A stretch of DNA of 64,000 nt from a candidate division NC10 bacterium CSP1-5 (GCA_001443495.1 LDXR01000017.1:2384-66383); one strand, 5' to 3'; numbered from the stretch's first letter, positions 18,247 through 28,834 are shown. A program made the numbers and translations. The notes: generated from the sequence alone by a model not told the origin.

Positions 18247-18777
18247 TTGATATTCTTATTTGGACGTGGTGGACCATTAGGGGCGCTGACTGCTCTTGTC
18301 GCTCTGGCGATTCCCGTCATCGGGTTGACAGCGCAGCGGGACGCGAAGTCCTACGAAACGATTAATGAGTTTGCGACTCGGGGCTGGGCTTTCGACTTAG
18401 GAACGTCTCTCACGGATCTCAAGGCGGTTGGAAACGTCCAGCGTGAAGTCGTTTCAACGGTGAAGAACCGGCATGACGAAAACCAAATCGACGAGGTTCG
18501 TGAGCTATATTACGACGGGCTGTACGTCAGGGCGTATTTCCCAGCAAAGGATCACAAGCGCCTCTTCCTTGAGGAGGTTGAGATAACAAGCGCGAGGTTT
18601 CGAGTCAAGCACGGTCTCAACGTGGGCGCCTCAGTCACCGAGCTGCAGCGCGTGCTCGGGCAACCAGACGAAGTCAAGGGGGACGTTTATTCGTATTTCG
18701 GTGAGGCTGATACCGTCCACTTCGTCGTCAGGGGTGGTGTCATTATCAAGGTCAAGTGGGAACTCTATCTTGATTGA
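18247..18777 (+). CDS. hypothetical secreted or membrane-anchored protein (~176 aa)
   Basis: In-frame TTG 18247 follows GAGGG. N-terminal hydrophobic segment LGALTALVALAIPVIGL. The DNA is visibly more AT-rich than its surroundings. The start is uncertain, because the track ORF begins at 18109 inside the ARH gene. Confidence 0.45.
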   Translation: MIFLFGRGGPLGALTALVALAIPVIGLTAQRDAKSYETINEFATRGWAFDLGTSLTDLKAVGNVQREVVSTVKNRHDENQIDEVRELYYDGLYVRAYFPAKDHKRLFLEEVEITSARFRVKHGLNVGASVTELQRVLGQPDEVKGDVYSYFGEADTVHFVVRGGVIIKVKWELYLD

Positions 18778-18786
18778 AGCATTGGG

Positions 18787-18814
18787 TTGACAGAGGAAGA
18801 AATAGTGCTAGAAT
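18787..18814 (+). promoter_or_regulatory. sigma70 promoter candidate for rplM-rpsI
   Basis: TTGACA (18787-18792), a 16-nt spacer, then TAGAAT (18809-18814), 37 nt upstream of the rplM ATG. Confidence 0.6.
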
Positions 18815-18850
18815 AAGTGGGTTTTCCAGGAGGCCAAAGGGGGCATTTGG

Positions 18851-19291
18851 ATGTTGGCGGGGCGGACATATAGCGCGAAGCCGGGCGAGGTCGAACGGCA
18901 CTGGTATGTCGTCGATGCGCAGGGCAAGGTCTTGGGACGGCTTGCCAGCGAGGTGGCGATGGTCCTTCGGGGCAAGCGGAAGCCCCAGTTCACCCCCCAT
19001 GTCGACACCGGCGACTTTGTGATCGTCGTCAACGCCCAGAAGGTCCTGCTCACCGGCAAGAAATTACGGCAGAAGATCTATTACCATTCCTCGCGGTACC
19101 CCGGAGGGCTGAAGGCGACAGCCGCGGGTGACCTGCTGAAGAAGCATCCTGAGCGCCTGATCCAGCGTGCGGTCCGGGGCATGCTTCCCAAGAGCAAGTT
19201 AGGGGATGCCCTCTACCGGAAGCTCAAGGTGTACGCCGGTGAGAAGCATCCGCACGAGGCCCAGAAACCTGTTCCCTTAGCGGTTCGGTGA
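18851..19291 (+). CDS. rplM: 50S ribosomal protein L13
   Basis: [47 protein letters not shown]. Confidence 0.95.
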   Translation: MLAGRTYSAKPGEVERHWYVVDAQGKVLGRLASEVAMVLRGKRKPQFTPHVDTGDFVIVVNAQKVLLTGKKLRQKIYYHSSRYPGGLKATAAGDLLKKHPERLIQRAVRGMLPKSKLGDALYRKLKVYAGEKHPHEAQKPVPLAVR

Positions 19292-19299
19292 GGAGCGTC

Positions 19300-19698
19300 G
19301 TGGCCAATACCACAGGGGGCTATTACGGGACCGGAAGACGGAAGAGCGCGGTGGCCCGGGTCCGACTGAAACCGGGGGAGGGCCGGATCGTGGTCAACCG
19401 CCGGCCGATGGACGAGTATTTTGGCCGGGCCACCCTTCGCATGGTGATCGCCCAACCCCTGAAGATCGTCGGCGTGGAGGGAAAGTATGATGTCATCGCC
19501 GACGTCCGGGGGGGCGGCAGTACGGGGCAGGCGGAGGCGATTCGACACGGGATCTCTCGGGCCCTGCTGGCACTGGATGGGGGACACCGTCCTCCCCTTC
19601 GGCAAGCGGGCCTGCTCACCAGGGATCCCCGCGTCAAAGAGCGCAAGAAGTACGGACAACGGGGGGCCCGCGCACGATTCCAGTTCTCCAAACGCTAG
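19300..19698 (+). CDS. rpsI: 30S ribosomal protein S9
   Basis: [56 protein letters not shown] 19300 follows GAGGAG. An alternative GTG at 19288 overlaps the rplM stop. Confidence 0.93.
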   Translation: MANTTGGYYGTGRRKSAVARVRLKPGEGRIVVNRRPMDEYFGRATLRMVIAQPLKIVGVEGKYDVIADVRGGGSTGQAEAIRHGISRALLALDGGHRPPLRQAGLLTRDPRVKERKKYGQRGARARFQFSKR

Positions 19699-19715
19699 CC
19701 GGAGCATGGGTGCGA

Positions 19716-19750
19716 AAAAGGAGGGTCACCCGGGTGACCTTCCTTTTTTT
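19716..19750 (+). terminator. rho-independent terminator after rpsI
   Basis: AAGGAGGGTCAC-CCGG-GTGACCTTCCTT stem-loop followed by a T7 run. Confidence 0.8.
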
Positions 19751-19785
19751 ATCCCTCGATGTCTCAGAGGGAAAGGATTGTCGGG

Positions 19786-20829
19786 ATGAAGCAAAAGGTG
19801 GCCGTCGCCGGGGCCAGCGGGTACACCGGTGCGGAACTCCTCAGGCTCTTGGTTCGGCATCCGGCGGTAGACGTAGTGGCGGCGACGTCTGAGACTTACG
19901 CCGGCAAGCCGGTAAGAGCGGCCCTGCCCGGCCTCTCTGGATTCGTGGACCTCTCCTTCGACACCCTGGATACGACGAGGCTCGCCTCGGTCGCAGAGAT
20001 CGTCTTTCTGGCCTTGCCGCATACTGCCTCGGCTACGCCAGCCGCCGCTCTCCTCCAGGCCGGGTGCCGCGTAATCGATCTCAGCGCCGACTTTCGGCTC
20101 CGGGACCCTGGGGTCTACGAACGGTGGTATCGGGTGGCCCATCCGGTGCCCCACCTCCTTACAGAGGCGGTGTGTGGCCTGCCGGAGCTTTACCGGGACA
20201 GTATCCGACAGGCCCGATTGGTCGCTGTCCCCGGTTGTTATCCAACAGCGGCCCTTCTGGGTCTGCAGCCACTCGTGCGTGCGAGAAAAATCGCCTTGGA
20301 CTCGATCATCGTGAATGCGGCCTCTGGGATCTCCGGAGCGGGGCGCAAGCTCGATCTGCCCCTTCACTTTTCCGAGGCGAACGAGAACTTCAAGGCCTAT
20401 GCGGTTGCCTCCCACCGCCACACGCCCGAGATGGAGCAAGAGCTTTCGCGGCTCGCAGGGCAGGAGGTGGTTCTCTCTTTTACGCCCCATCTGGCCCCGA
20501 TGACCCGCGGCATCCTGAGCACCATCTACGCGACCTTGACCTCCCCGATGGTAGTGGAGAGCCTGCACGAGCTCTTTCACCACGCGTATAAGGGAGAGCC
20601 CTTCCTCAGGGTCCTGCCTCCGGGGACCTTTCCCGAGACCAAGCAGGTCTGGGGCTCGAATTACTGCGACATCGGAGTTGCGGTGGATTCGCGCGCGGGG
20701 AGGGCCATCGTCATCACGGCGCTCGATAATCTGGTCAAGGGGGCGGCAGGCCAGGCGATCCAGGCGATGAACCTGATGGTCGGGCTGGACGAGACCCTCG
20801 GGATCGCCGCCCCCCCGCTCTTCCCGTAG
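19786..20829 (+). CDS. argC: N-acetyl-gamma-glutamyl-phosphate reductase
   Basis: ATG 19786. VAVAGASGYTGAELLRLL, with the active-site Cys in VAVPGCYPTAALL. Confidence 0.95.
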   Translation: MKQKVAVAGASGYTGAELLRLLVRHPAVDVVAATSETYAGKPVRAALPGLSGFVDLSFDTLDTTRLASVAEIVFLALPHTASATPAAALLQAGCRVIDLSADFRLRDPGVYERWYRVAHPVPHLLTEAVCGLPELYRDSIRQARLVAVPGCYPTAALLGLQPLVRARKIALDSIIVNAASGISGAGRKLDLPLHFSEANENFKAYAVASHRHTPEMEQELSRLAGQEVVLSFTPHLAPMTRGILSTIYATLTSPMVVESLHELFHHAYKGEPFLRVLPPGTFPETKQVWGSNYCDIGVAVDSRAGRAIVITALDNLVKGAAGQAIQAMNLMVGLDETLGIAAPPLFP

Positions 20830-20839
20830 GACGCAATCC

Positions 20840-20916
20840 GACGACGGATGACCGATAGTGACTGGTGGCTAACCACGACGTATGAACCCTGAACCCTGAA
20901 CCATGAACCATGAACG
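20840..20916. repeat. heptamer array locus C (GATGACC-type merging into NTGAACC x5)
   Basis: In-phase units GACGACG GATGACC GATAGTG ACTGGTG GCTAACC ACGACGT, then ATGAACC CTGAACC CTGAACC ATGAACC ATGAACG. The argJ ATG at 20903 is the start of the fourth TGAACC unit. Confidence 0.9.
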
Positions 20917-22123
20917 CTTTGTAGAGCTGGAGGGGGGGATCACGGCCGTCCGTGGCGTGCGGGCGGCGGGGGTGCACTGCGGCATCAAGAAGGCGAAGCC
21001 GGACCTTGCCCTCATCCGGACCGCGGAGCCGAGCCCGGTGGCAGGGGTCTTCACCACCAACCGGGTCAAGGCGGCTCCGGTCCTCTGGTGCCAAAGGCGT
21101 CTACAGGAGGGCACGCGCCTGTCGGCGATTGTGGTCAACAGCGGCAATGCCAACGCCTGCACCGGCCTTCAGGGGCTCCAGGATGCCGAGAGGATGGCCC
21201 AGCTCACCGCTGCCGCCGTGGGGTGTCCGGTGGAGGAAACCTTTGTGTGCTCTACGGGAATTATCGGCCGGACACTCCCGATAGACCGCGTCGCCTGGGG
21301 AATTCGCGAGGCGGCCGCTCGGCTTCGGGGGGACGGGGGACCCGAGGCTGCCCGGGCGATCATGACGACCGACACGGTCCCGAAGGAGGCGGCGGTTGCA
21401 GTGGATGTGGAGGGACGTCGAGTCCACGTGGGGGGCATGACAAAGGGCGCGGGGATGATCGCCCCCCGCATGGCCACCATGCTCGGCTTTCTCGCCACTG
21501 ATGCCGTCCTTCAGGCGCCTGAACTTCAGGCGCTCCTCGTCGAGGCGGTTGACCGGTCCTTTCACTGCATCACGGTGGATGGAGATACCAGTACTAACGA
21601 TACAGTCCTCTGCTTTGCTACCGGCAAAGCCGGCGGCCCCCCGCTTCACCCGGGGGCGCCAGGATGGACAGCCTTCCGAGAGGCTCTCGTGGAGGTCGCC
21701 CGGACCCTGGCGAAGAAGATCGTGGCCGACGGCGAGGGGGCGACCAAGCTCGTGACGGTTCAGGTGGCCGGGGCCCCCTCTTCCGCGGCGGCGCGGCGCA
21801 TTGCCTTTGGGGTCGCCAATTCCCCTCTGGTGAAGACCACCTTTTTCGCTCAGGACTGCAACTGGGGACGGATCATGGCAGCCATCGGGGCTTCCGGGGT
21901 CGATGTGGACCCGGAGGCGATCAATATCAGGATCGGAGAGGTGCCCGTGGTTTCAGGCGGGGTCGGTCTCGGCTTGGAGGCCGAGGAGGCAGCCCACAAG
22001 GCTATGACCCTGCGCGAGTTTGTCGTGGCGATCGATCTCAACCTGGGAGAGGGAGCGGCGGTCATCTGGACCACCGATCTGGGCTACGAGTATGTGCGGG
22101 CGAACGTTACCTATCGCAGCTAA
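20903..22123 (+). CDS. argJ: bifunctional ornithine acetyltransferase / N-acetylglutamate synthase
   Basis: Autoprocessing site region GMIAPRMATMLGFLATDA. 406 aa. The start codon lies inside the heptamer array. Confidence 0.95.
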   Translation: MNHERFVELEGGITAVRGVRAAGVHCGIKKAKPDLALIRTAEPSPVAGVFTTNRVKAAPVLWCQRRLQEGTRLSAIVVNSGNANACTGLQGLQDAERMAQLTAAAVGCPVEETFVCSTGIIGRTLPIDRVAWGIREAAARLRGDGGPEAARAIMTTDTVPKEAAVAVDVEGRRVHVGGMTKGAGMIAPRMATMLGFLATDAVLQAPELQALLVEAVDRSFHCITVDGDTSTNDTVLCFATGKAGGPPLHPGAPGWTAFREALVEVARTLAKKIVADGEGATKLVTVQVAGAPSSAAARRIAFGVANSPLVKTTFFAQDCNWGRIMAAIGASGVDVDPEAINIRIGEVPVVSGGVGLGLEAEEAAHKAMTLREFVVAIDLNLGEGAAVIWTTDLGYEYVRANVTYRS

Positions 22124-22327
22124 CGGGCGATCACCGATAACCGCCCGAGTTTCTAGCCCAGCACCAACGGTAGCTTGTCAGATAGGCTCTGGATGTGATA
22201 TGAAAAAGTGGGTTACGGTAGGCCACACTACACACGCCTTCGGATCTTCCGGCCGGTGTTTGCGTTGGGCAAATGGCCCGGAAGAGGTGAAGAGGGCGGC
22301 GGATGAACCGGTGGAGAGGAGGCATCT

Positions 22328-23113
22328 ATGCCGGATGTGACAATGAAAGAGCTCTTGGAAGCGGGGGTTCACTTCGGACACCAGACCAAGCGCTGGAACC
22401 CGAAGATGAGGAAGTATCTCTTCGGGGAGCGGAACGGCATCTATATCATCGACCTCCAGAAGACCATCGAGAAGTTCAACGAGGCGTGCCGGTTCGTCGG
22501 GGAACTCGCCGGGCGCGGAGATTCGGTGCTCTTTGTGGGGACCAAGCGGCAGGCGGCGGATTCTGTCAAAGAAGGGGCGGAACGGAGCGGGATGTTTTAC
22601 GTGCATCATCGCTGGCTCGGCGGGACCTTGACGAATTTCCAGACCATCCGGAAGAGCATCAACCGGCTCAAGCAACTGGAGCAGATGCAGTCGGATGGCA
22701 GCGTCGAGAGCCTCCCGAAAAAGGAGGCGCTGCATCTCGGCCGCGAGATCGAAAAGTTGAACCGGACGCTGGCGGGGATCAAGGAAATGAATCGGCTGCC
22801 CGGGGCCGTCGTGGTCGTCGATACCAAGCGGGAGCGGATCGCCGTTCGGGAGGCCCGACGCCTTGGTATCCCCGTGGTGGCCCTGGTGGACACCAATTGT
22901 GATCCAGAGGAGATTGACTATCCGATCCCGGGCAATGATGATGCCATCCGCTCCATCAAGCTGATCACGTCTCGATTGGCCGACGCGGTTCTGGAGGGGC
23001 GGGGGGCCGTTGACCGGGGTCTGGAACGAGAGATGCTCGAGGGGGCCGAGGCGGTCAATGAGGGCTCGGTCGAGACGCTGCCGGCCGTTGAGGAGGAGGC
23101 CGAAGTCCTGTAA
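22328..23113 (+). CDS. rpsB: 30S ribosomal protein S2
   Basis: [41 protein letters not shown]. Confidence 0.95.
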   Translation: MPDVTMKELLEAGVHFGHQTKRWNPKMRKYLFGERNGIYIIDLQKTIEKFNEACRFVGELAGRGDSVLFVGTKRQAADSVKEGAERSGMFYVHHRWLGGTLTNFQTIRKSINRLKQLEQMQSDGSVESLPKKEALHLGREIEKLNRTLAGIKEMNRLPGAVVVVDTKRERIAVREARRLGIPVVALVDTNCDPEEIDYPIPGNDDAIRSIKLITSRLADAVLEGRGAVDRGLEREMLEGAEAVNEGSVETLPAVEEEAEVL

Positions 23114-23176
23114 GGTATCGACAGGTAACGGCAGGCCGTCTGCGAGGGCTTGGACGGCCGGAATGGGAAACCACTG

Positions 23177-23783
23177 ATGGAGATCGCGGCGTCGCAGGTC
23201 AAGGAGCTCCGAATCAAAACCGGGGCGGGCGTGATGGAGTGCAAGTCAGCCCTGGCGGAGGCTCGGGGAGATTTCGAACGGGCAGTCGCCATCCTCCGGG
23301 AGCGGGGGATGGCGAACGCGGCCCGGAAGGCGGGGCGGACGGCGACCGATGGGCTGATCGTCGCCTACGTCCATCCCGGCGGCCGGATCGGGGTGTTGAT
23401 CGAGGTGAACTGCGAGACCGATTTTGTGGCCCGGACCGAACAATTCCAGGCCTTGACCAAGGATCTGGCGATGCATGTGGCGGCCATGAATCCCCTCTAC
23501 CTTCGGCGGGAGGAGGTGCCCGAGACGGTGCTCGCCGAGGAGCGGCGAATCTTGCAAGTGCAGGCAGCGGGCAGCAGCAAGGTGCCCGAAGTCGTCGAGC
23601 GGATTGTGCAGGGCCGGCTGGAGAAATTCTTCGTCGAGACGTGTTTGATGAACCAGCCCTTTGTCAAGGACCCGGGGCGGACAGTCGAACAGGTCATCCA
23701 GGAGGCCATCAGCACGATTGGGGAAAACATCGTGGTCCGACGCTTCTGCCGATACCAACTCGGCGAGGCGTCCGACGACAACA

Positions 23784-23797
<14 letters not shown>
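23177..23797 (+). CDS. tsf: elongation factor Ts (short form)
   Basis: ATG 23177. VKELRIKTGAGVMECKSALAEARGDFERAV..IGVLIEVNCETDFVART. Confidence 0.95.
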
Positions 23798-24623
<826 letters not shown>

Positions 24624-24626
24624 GCC

Positions 24627-25184
24627 ATGGTCAAGGATGTGCTGGATCGGACAGAAGCGACCATGAAGAAGGGGGTCGAGTCGGTAGGGCGAGACTTTGC
24701 CGGGGTCCGAACCGGTCGCGCCTCTGCGGCGCTCCTGCAAGGGATCACCGTGGAATGTTATGGGACCATGACTCCGCTCCAGCAGGTGGCCACCGTGGCG
24801 GCCCCCGAGACCCGTCTGATCACCATCCAGCCCTGGGATCCGAACCTGGTCGCGGCCATCGAAAAAGCGATTCTGAAATCAGGCCTGGGGATCACTCCCT
24901 CGAGCGACGGGCGGGTGATCCGGATCGCCATCCCACCCCTCACCGAAGAGCGGCGAAAGGAGTTGGTCCGGGTGGTGCGGCGCATCGCGGAAGAGGGGCG
25001 GGTCGCCATTCGGAATGTCCGGCGCGACGCCAACGAAAAGCTCAAGGCCCTCGAGAAGCAGAAGAAAATCACCGAAGATGATCTCAAGAAGAGTGTCGAA
25101 TCAGTCCAGAAGCTCACCGACAAGTACATCAAGGAACTCGAGATGGCCTTGACCACCAAGGAGAAGGAGATCCTTGAGTTCTGA
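24627..25184 (+). CDS. frr: ribosome recycling factor
   Basis: 185 aa, with RTGRASAALLQGITVECYG..IRNVRRDANEKLK. Confidence 0.95.
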   Translation: MVKDVLDRTEATMKKGVESVGRDFAGVRTGRASAALLQGITVECYGTMTPLQQVATVAAPETRLITIQPWDPNLVAAIEKAILKSGLGITPSSDGRVIRIAIPPLTEERRKELVRVVRRIAEEGRVAIRNVRRDANEKLKALEKQKKITEDDLKKSVESVQKLTDKYIKELEMALTTKEKEILEF

Positions 25185-25330
25185 CAGACGTCCCCCAGTG
25201 GCCAGGCGTGGCTCTTGAACGCTTTCATCCATCCCTCCCCCGACGATCTTTTTTCTTTTCCCCTGCCCAGTTGCAGAGATGCCTCCCGGGACCTCCGGTG
25301 GGCCGAGTTGTCTCTCGTGGGGATCTGACC

Positions 25331-26125
25331 GTGCACGGCAGAAGGCTCCTGAGCGCCCTGATCCTCCTTTTCCCCTTTCTCCTCCTCGTCATCTACGGCG
25401 GGGAAAGGGGATTTATCCTGCTGGCGATGGTGGCCGCGGTGATCAGCCTGTGGGAGTTCACCCGGCTGGTGGATCCCTCCGTTCCCTGGCGGGCGGTGGC
25501 CCTGCTGGGGGCGGCGGGGCTTGTCGGGGCGACCTCATTGGGTGGCATGGAATGGCTCGGTCCGGGCATGCTCCTCTTGCTGTTGCTGGAGCTTTCCCGT
25601 GTCGTCGGAGGTGGAGAGGACATGGAGGCCAACCTTCGTCGCGCCACCCTCTGTATTGTCGGGGTCCTGTATGTCGCCGGTCCCCTGAGCTCCGCCGTGG
25701 CCCTCAGAGGGATGCCGGAGGGCGTACGATACATCCTTCTCGCGTGCAGCATCGTCTGGATTGGAGATACCGCCGCATTCTACGTCGGATCACGCCTGGG
25801 GCGCCGGCCCTTAGCCCCGCGACTCAGCCCCAAGAAATCTGTCGAAGGGAGTGTGGCCGGACTGGTGGCGAGCATGCTCGCGTCCTGGATGGGTACGCGC
25901 GCCTTGGGCATGCCGGTCCCCTTTCTCTTCAGTCTCCTTCTGGGGGCCGTGATCGGGGGTGCGGGACAGCTGGGAGATTTGGTCGAGTCTGGCATCAAAC
26001 GCGCTTTCCATGTGAAAGACACGGGTGATCTCATCCCCGGGCATGGAGGGATGCTCGACAGGATGGATAGCCTCCTCTTCGCACTCCCTATATTCTACCT
26101 CTGGGTCAAGATGGGATGGATCTAG
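25331..26125 (+). CDS. cdsA: phosphatidate cytidylyltransferase
   Basis: GTG 25331. CTP-transferase signature SGIKRAFHVKDTGDLIPGHGGMLDRMDS. Polytopic. Confidence 0.85.
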   Translation: MHGRRLLSALILLFPFLLLVIYGGERGFILLAMVAAVISLWEFTRLVDPSVPWRAVALLGAAGLVGATSLGGMEWLGPGMLLLLLLELSRVVGGGEDMEANLRRATLCIVGVLYVAGPLSSAVALRGMPEGVRYILLACSIVWIGDTAAFYVGSRLGRRPLAPRLSPKKSVEGSVAGLVASMLASWMGTRALGMPVPFLFSLLLGAVIGGAGQLGDLVESGIKRAFHVKDTGDLIPGHGGMLDRMDSLLFALPIFYLWVKMGWI

Positions 26126-27681
26126 CGACGGTACGAGAGAGCCCTCTCGCTTGGCGCCTGATGGTCTCGCGGGGAGGCCTGGCCGCCTTGAGCGGCGTTC
26201 TCCTTGCACTGAGCTTTCCCAAGTTTGACTTGGCCCCTCTCGCCTTCGTGGCCCTCATCCCCCTCCTGGTGGGGCTGGACGGCGTCTCTGCCCTGCAGGG
26301 CATGTATCTGGGGATCATCGCAGGGGTAGTCTTCTCGCTCATGAGCGTCCCCTGGGTCGTTCATACGATGACCACGTACGGAGGGCTCCCCGTCCCTCTC
26401 GGTGTCGTGCTTCTTGTCGCACTTTCCCTCTACCTTGCGCTCTACGTGGGGGTCTTTGCGTTCGGGGTCACGCGACTGTCACCCGAAAGCGGTCTCGTGT
26501 ATCTCGTGGGCGCTGCGACTCTATGGGTCGGCCTCGAATATCTGCGTACCTTCCTCCTGACCGGCTTTCCCTGGAATCTCCTGGGGTATACCCAGTACAG
26601 GAGCCTTTCGATCATCCAGATCGCATCAATCACAGGCGTATACGGGGTCTCATTTCTCTTGGTCCTGGTCAATGCCGCGGTGGCGCTGGCCTGCCTTCAC
26701 GTGCGACAGAGCGCGCGGCAGGCCTTGATGCCTGTGCTGGGGGTGGGCGTGCTCCTGATCGGGGCAGTGGTGTTCGGCATGGGACGGAGGGTGTCGGCAG
26801 AGATCCCCCGCAGGGAGATCCGGGTATCGGTCGTCCAGGGGAATATCGAGCAGGGGATCAAGTGGGACCCGGGATTCGCGGGCCGGACGATCGGCATTTA
26901 TGATCGTCTGACCCGCAGGGCAGACCGGGGGTCGGACCTCATCGTGTGGCCAGAGACCGCCGTTCCTTTTTTCCTCCGGGAGGGGGGGCCGTTGACACGA
27001 CGGGTCCTCGACCTCGCGATGGAGGCGCAGGCGCATCTCTTGGTCGGAAGCCCGGATCGCGAGAGCGACGCCTCGCCTCGCTACTACAACAGCGCCTTCC
27101 TCATCTCGCCGGCGGGGGAGATTGTGCAGAAATATGATAAGATGCATCTGGTCCCCTTTGGGGAATACGTTCCGTTATCATCGCTCCTCTTTTTCGTGCA
27201 CAAAATGGCGACCGGGATCGGCGATTTTAGCGCCGGAGAGACGTTCACGGTCTTCGAGACCCCGGGCGGACGCTTTGGGGTTCTGATCTGCTTTGAAACC
27301 ATCTTTCCCGATCAGGTTCGCCGGTACGTTCTCGCCGGGGCCGACTTCCTGGTGAATATCACCAATGACGCCTGGTTCGGGGACTCCGCCGCCCCGTATC
27401 AGCATCTGAGTATGGCTGCGCTGCGGGCGGTGGAAAACGGGGTCTACTTGGTGCGGGCGGCGAACACCGGGATCTCCGCCCTGGTCGCCCCGTCGGGCCA
27501 GATCCTGGAGCAGTCAGACCTCTTTGTCGAGGCCGTCCTGTCGGCAACGATGGCTCCCCGGCCAGGGGGAACGTTCTATACGAGACGCGGGGATCTGCTC
27601 GCCTGGAGCTCTGTTCTCATCAGCCTCTTCCTCCTGGCCTTTAGGAGGCGGACGGGGCGCAAGGAAAGGAGGACACGATGA
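26116..27681 (+). CDS. lnt: apolipoprotein N-acyltransferase
   Basis: N-terminal polytopic domain plus a CN-hydrolase domain (VWPETAVPF, KMHLVPFGEYVP, LICFETIFPD). Confidence 0.9.
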   Translation: MDLATVRESPLAWRLMVSRGGLAALSGVLLALSFPKFDLAPLAFVALIPLLVGLDGVSALQGMYLGIIAGVVFSLMSVPWVVHTMTTYGGLPVPLGVVLLVALSLYLALYVGVFAFGVTRLSPESGLVYLVGAATLWVGLEYLRTFLLTGFPWNLLGYTQYRSLSIIQIASITGVYGVSFLLVLVNAAVALACLHVRQSARQALMPVLGVGVLLIGAVVFGMGRRVSAEIPRREIRVSVVQGNIEQGIKWDPGFAGRTIGIYDRLTRRADRGSDLIVWPETAVPFFLREGGPLTRRVLDLAMEAQAHLLVGSPDRESDASPRYYNSAFLISPAGEIVQKYDKMHLVPFGEYVPLSSLLFFVHKMATGIGDFSAGETFTVFETPGGRFGVLICFETIFPDQVRRYVLAGADFLVNITNDAWFGDSAAPYQHLSMAALRAVENGVYLVRAANTGISALVAPSGQILEQSDLFVEAVLSATMAPRPGGTFYTRRGDLLAWSSVLISLFLLAFRRRTGRKERRTR

Positions 27682-28785
27682 CGGTCGAACTCGGTAAGCG
27701 ACTCGAGACGGCGGTGGCGAAAATCCAAAACCTCTGGGCCTATCTTTGACCTGCCGGCGAAGGCACAGCGGGCTACACAGTTAGAGCAGATCGCCCAGGG
27801 CCCTGACTTTTGGAAGGAACCGGATCGAGCCCAGCGGCTTCTCAGGGAGCTCGGGGAGCTGAAGGAGACACTGTCACTCCACACTGCGCTCAGGAGTGAG
27901 GTCGAAGATCAGCGAACGCTGTTGGAACTGGCCCGGGAGGCGGACGATGAGGAGGCCCTCAAGGAGGTCGAGGGAGCGGTCAAGACGTTGGAGCAACGGA
28001 TCAGCGATCTAGAGCTCCGCGCGGTCCTCTCTGGCCCACACGACCGGGGCAATGCCATCCTCTCGATCAATCCGGGGGCGGGCGGGACCGAGTCCCAGGA
28101 CTGGGCCCAGATGCTGCTGCGGATGTACGCGCGCTGGTGCGACGGCAGAGGCTTCAAGACGCAGATCCTCGATCTCCAGCCGGGGGAGGAAGCGGGGATC
28201 AAGGGGGCGGTCGTTTCTGTCGTCGGTCCCTATGCGTACGGCACCCTCAAGGCCGAGGTGGGGGTTCATCGGCTCGTGCGGATTTCACCCTATGATGCCA
28301 GCCACCGACGGCACACCTCCTTTGCCTCGGTGGCGGTCCTGCCCGAGGTGGAGGAGGTCGAGGTCGTGATTAACGAGAAGGACCTGAAGATCGAGACCTT
28401 CCGGGCGAGCGGGCATGGGGGACAACACGTGAACGTGACCGACTCGGCCGTCCGGATCACCCACCTCCCGACCGGGACCACAGTCTCGTGCCAGAATGAG
28501 CGTTCCCAGCACAAGAACAAGGCCCTCGCCATGAAGGTGCTCCGATCCCGACTGTATGAACATTTCCGGGAGAAACAGGAGCGGGAGATGCAGGCGTTGG
28601 CCGGTGAAAAAAAGGAGATCGCCTGGGGATCGCAGATTCGATCCTATATCCTCGCGCCGTATCAGCTCGTGAAGGACCATCGCACAGGCGTGGAGACGGG
28701 GAACGTCGAGGCGGTGCTGAGTGGGGCGATCGATCCTTTCGTGAACGCCTATCTGTTTCAGCCCGCTCGCCGCCTTTCACCTTGA
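27678..28785 (+). CDS. prfB: peptide chain release factor 2, requires a +1 programmed frameshift at 27744-27750
   Basis: ATG 27678 (ATGA overlap with the lnt stop, AAGGAAAGGAGG upstream). Frame 0 gives MTVELGKRLETAVAKIQNLWAYL, then the in-frame TGA. The +1 frame continues DLPAKAQRATQLEQI.. into track ORF 27922-28785, which carries the GGQ motif (SGHGGQHVN). Confidence 0.9.
27741..27750 (+). other. RF2 autoregulatory +1 frameshift site TAT CTT TGA C
   Basis: Identical to the canonical slippery/stop context CUU UGA C of bacterial prfB. Confidence 0.9.
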
Positions 28786-28834
28786 CAGACTTGAAGGTTC
28801 CTCTTTACACTTTTGCGAATACGACCACGGGACA

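Noticed and set aside
22124-22327. The 200-nt region upstream of rpsB was considered as a ribosomal-protein leader or regulatory RNA.
   Set aside because: I cannot recognise a defined leader structure by eye. Only a short GGGCG..CGCCC hairpin containing two GATNACC units is evident (22126-22146). It is left unannotated.
25185-25330. The gap between frr and cdsA, where uppS often sits, was checked for a degraded uppS.
   Set aside because: The gap is only about 146 bp, and no frame shows undecaprenyl-diphosphate-synthase-like sequence. uppS is presumably elsewhere.
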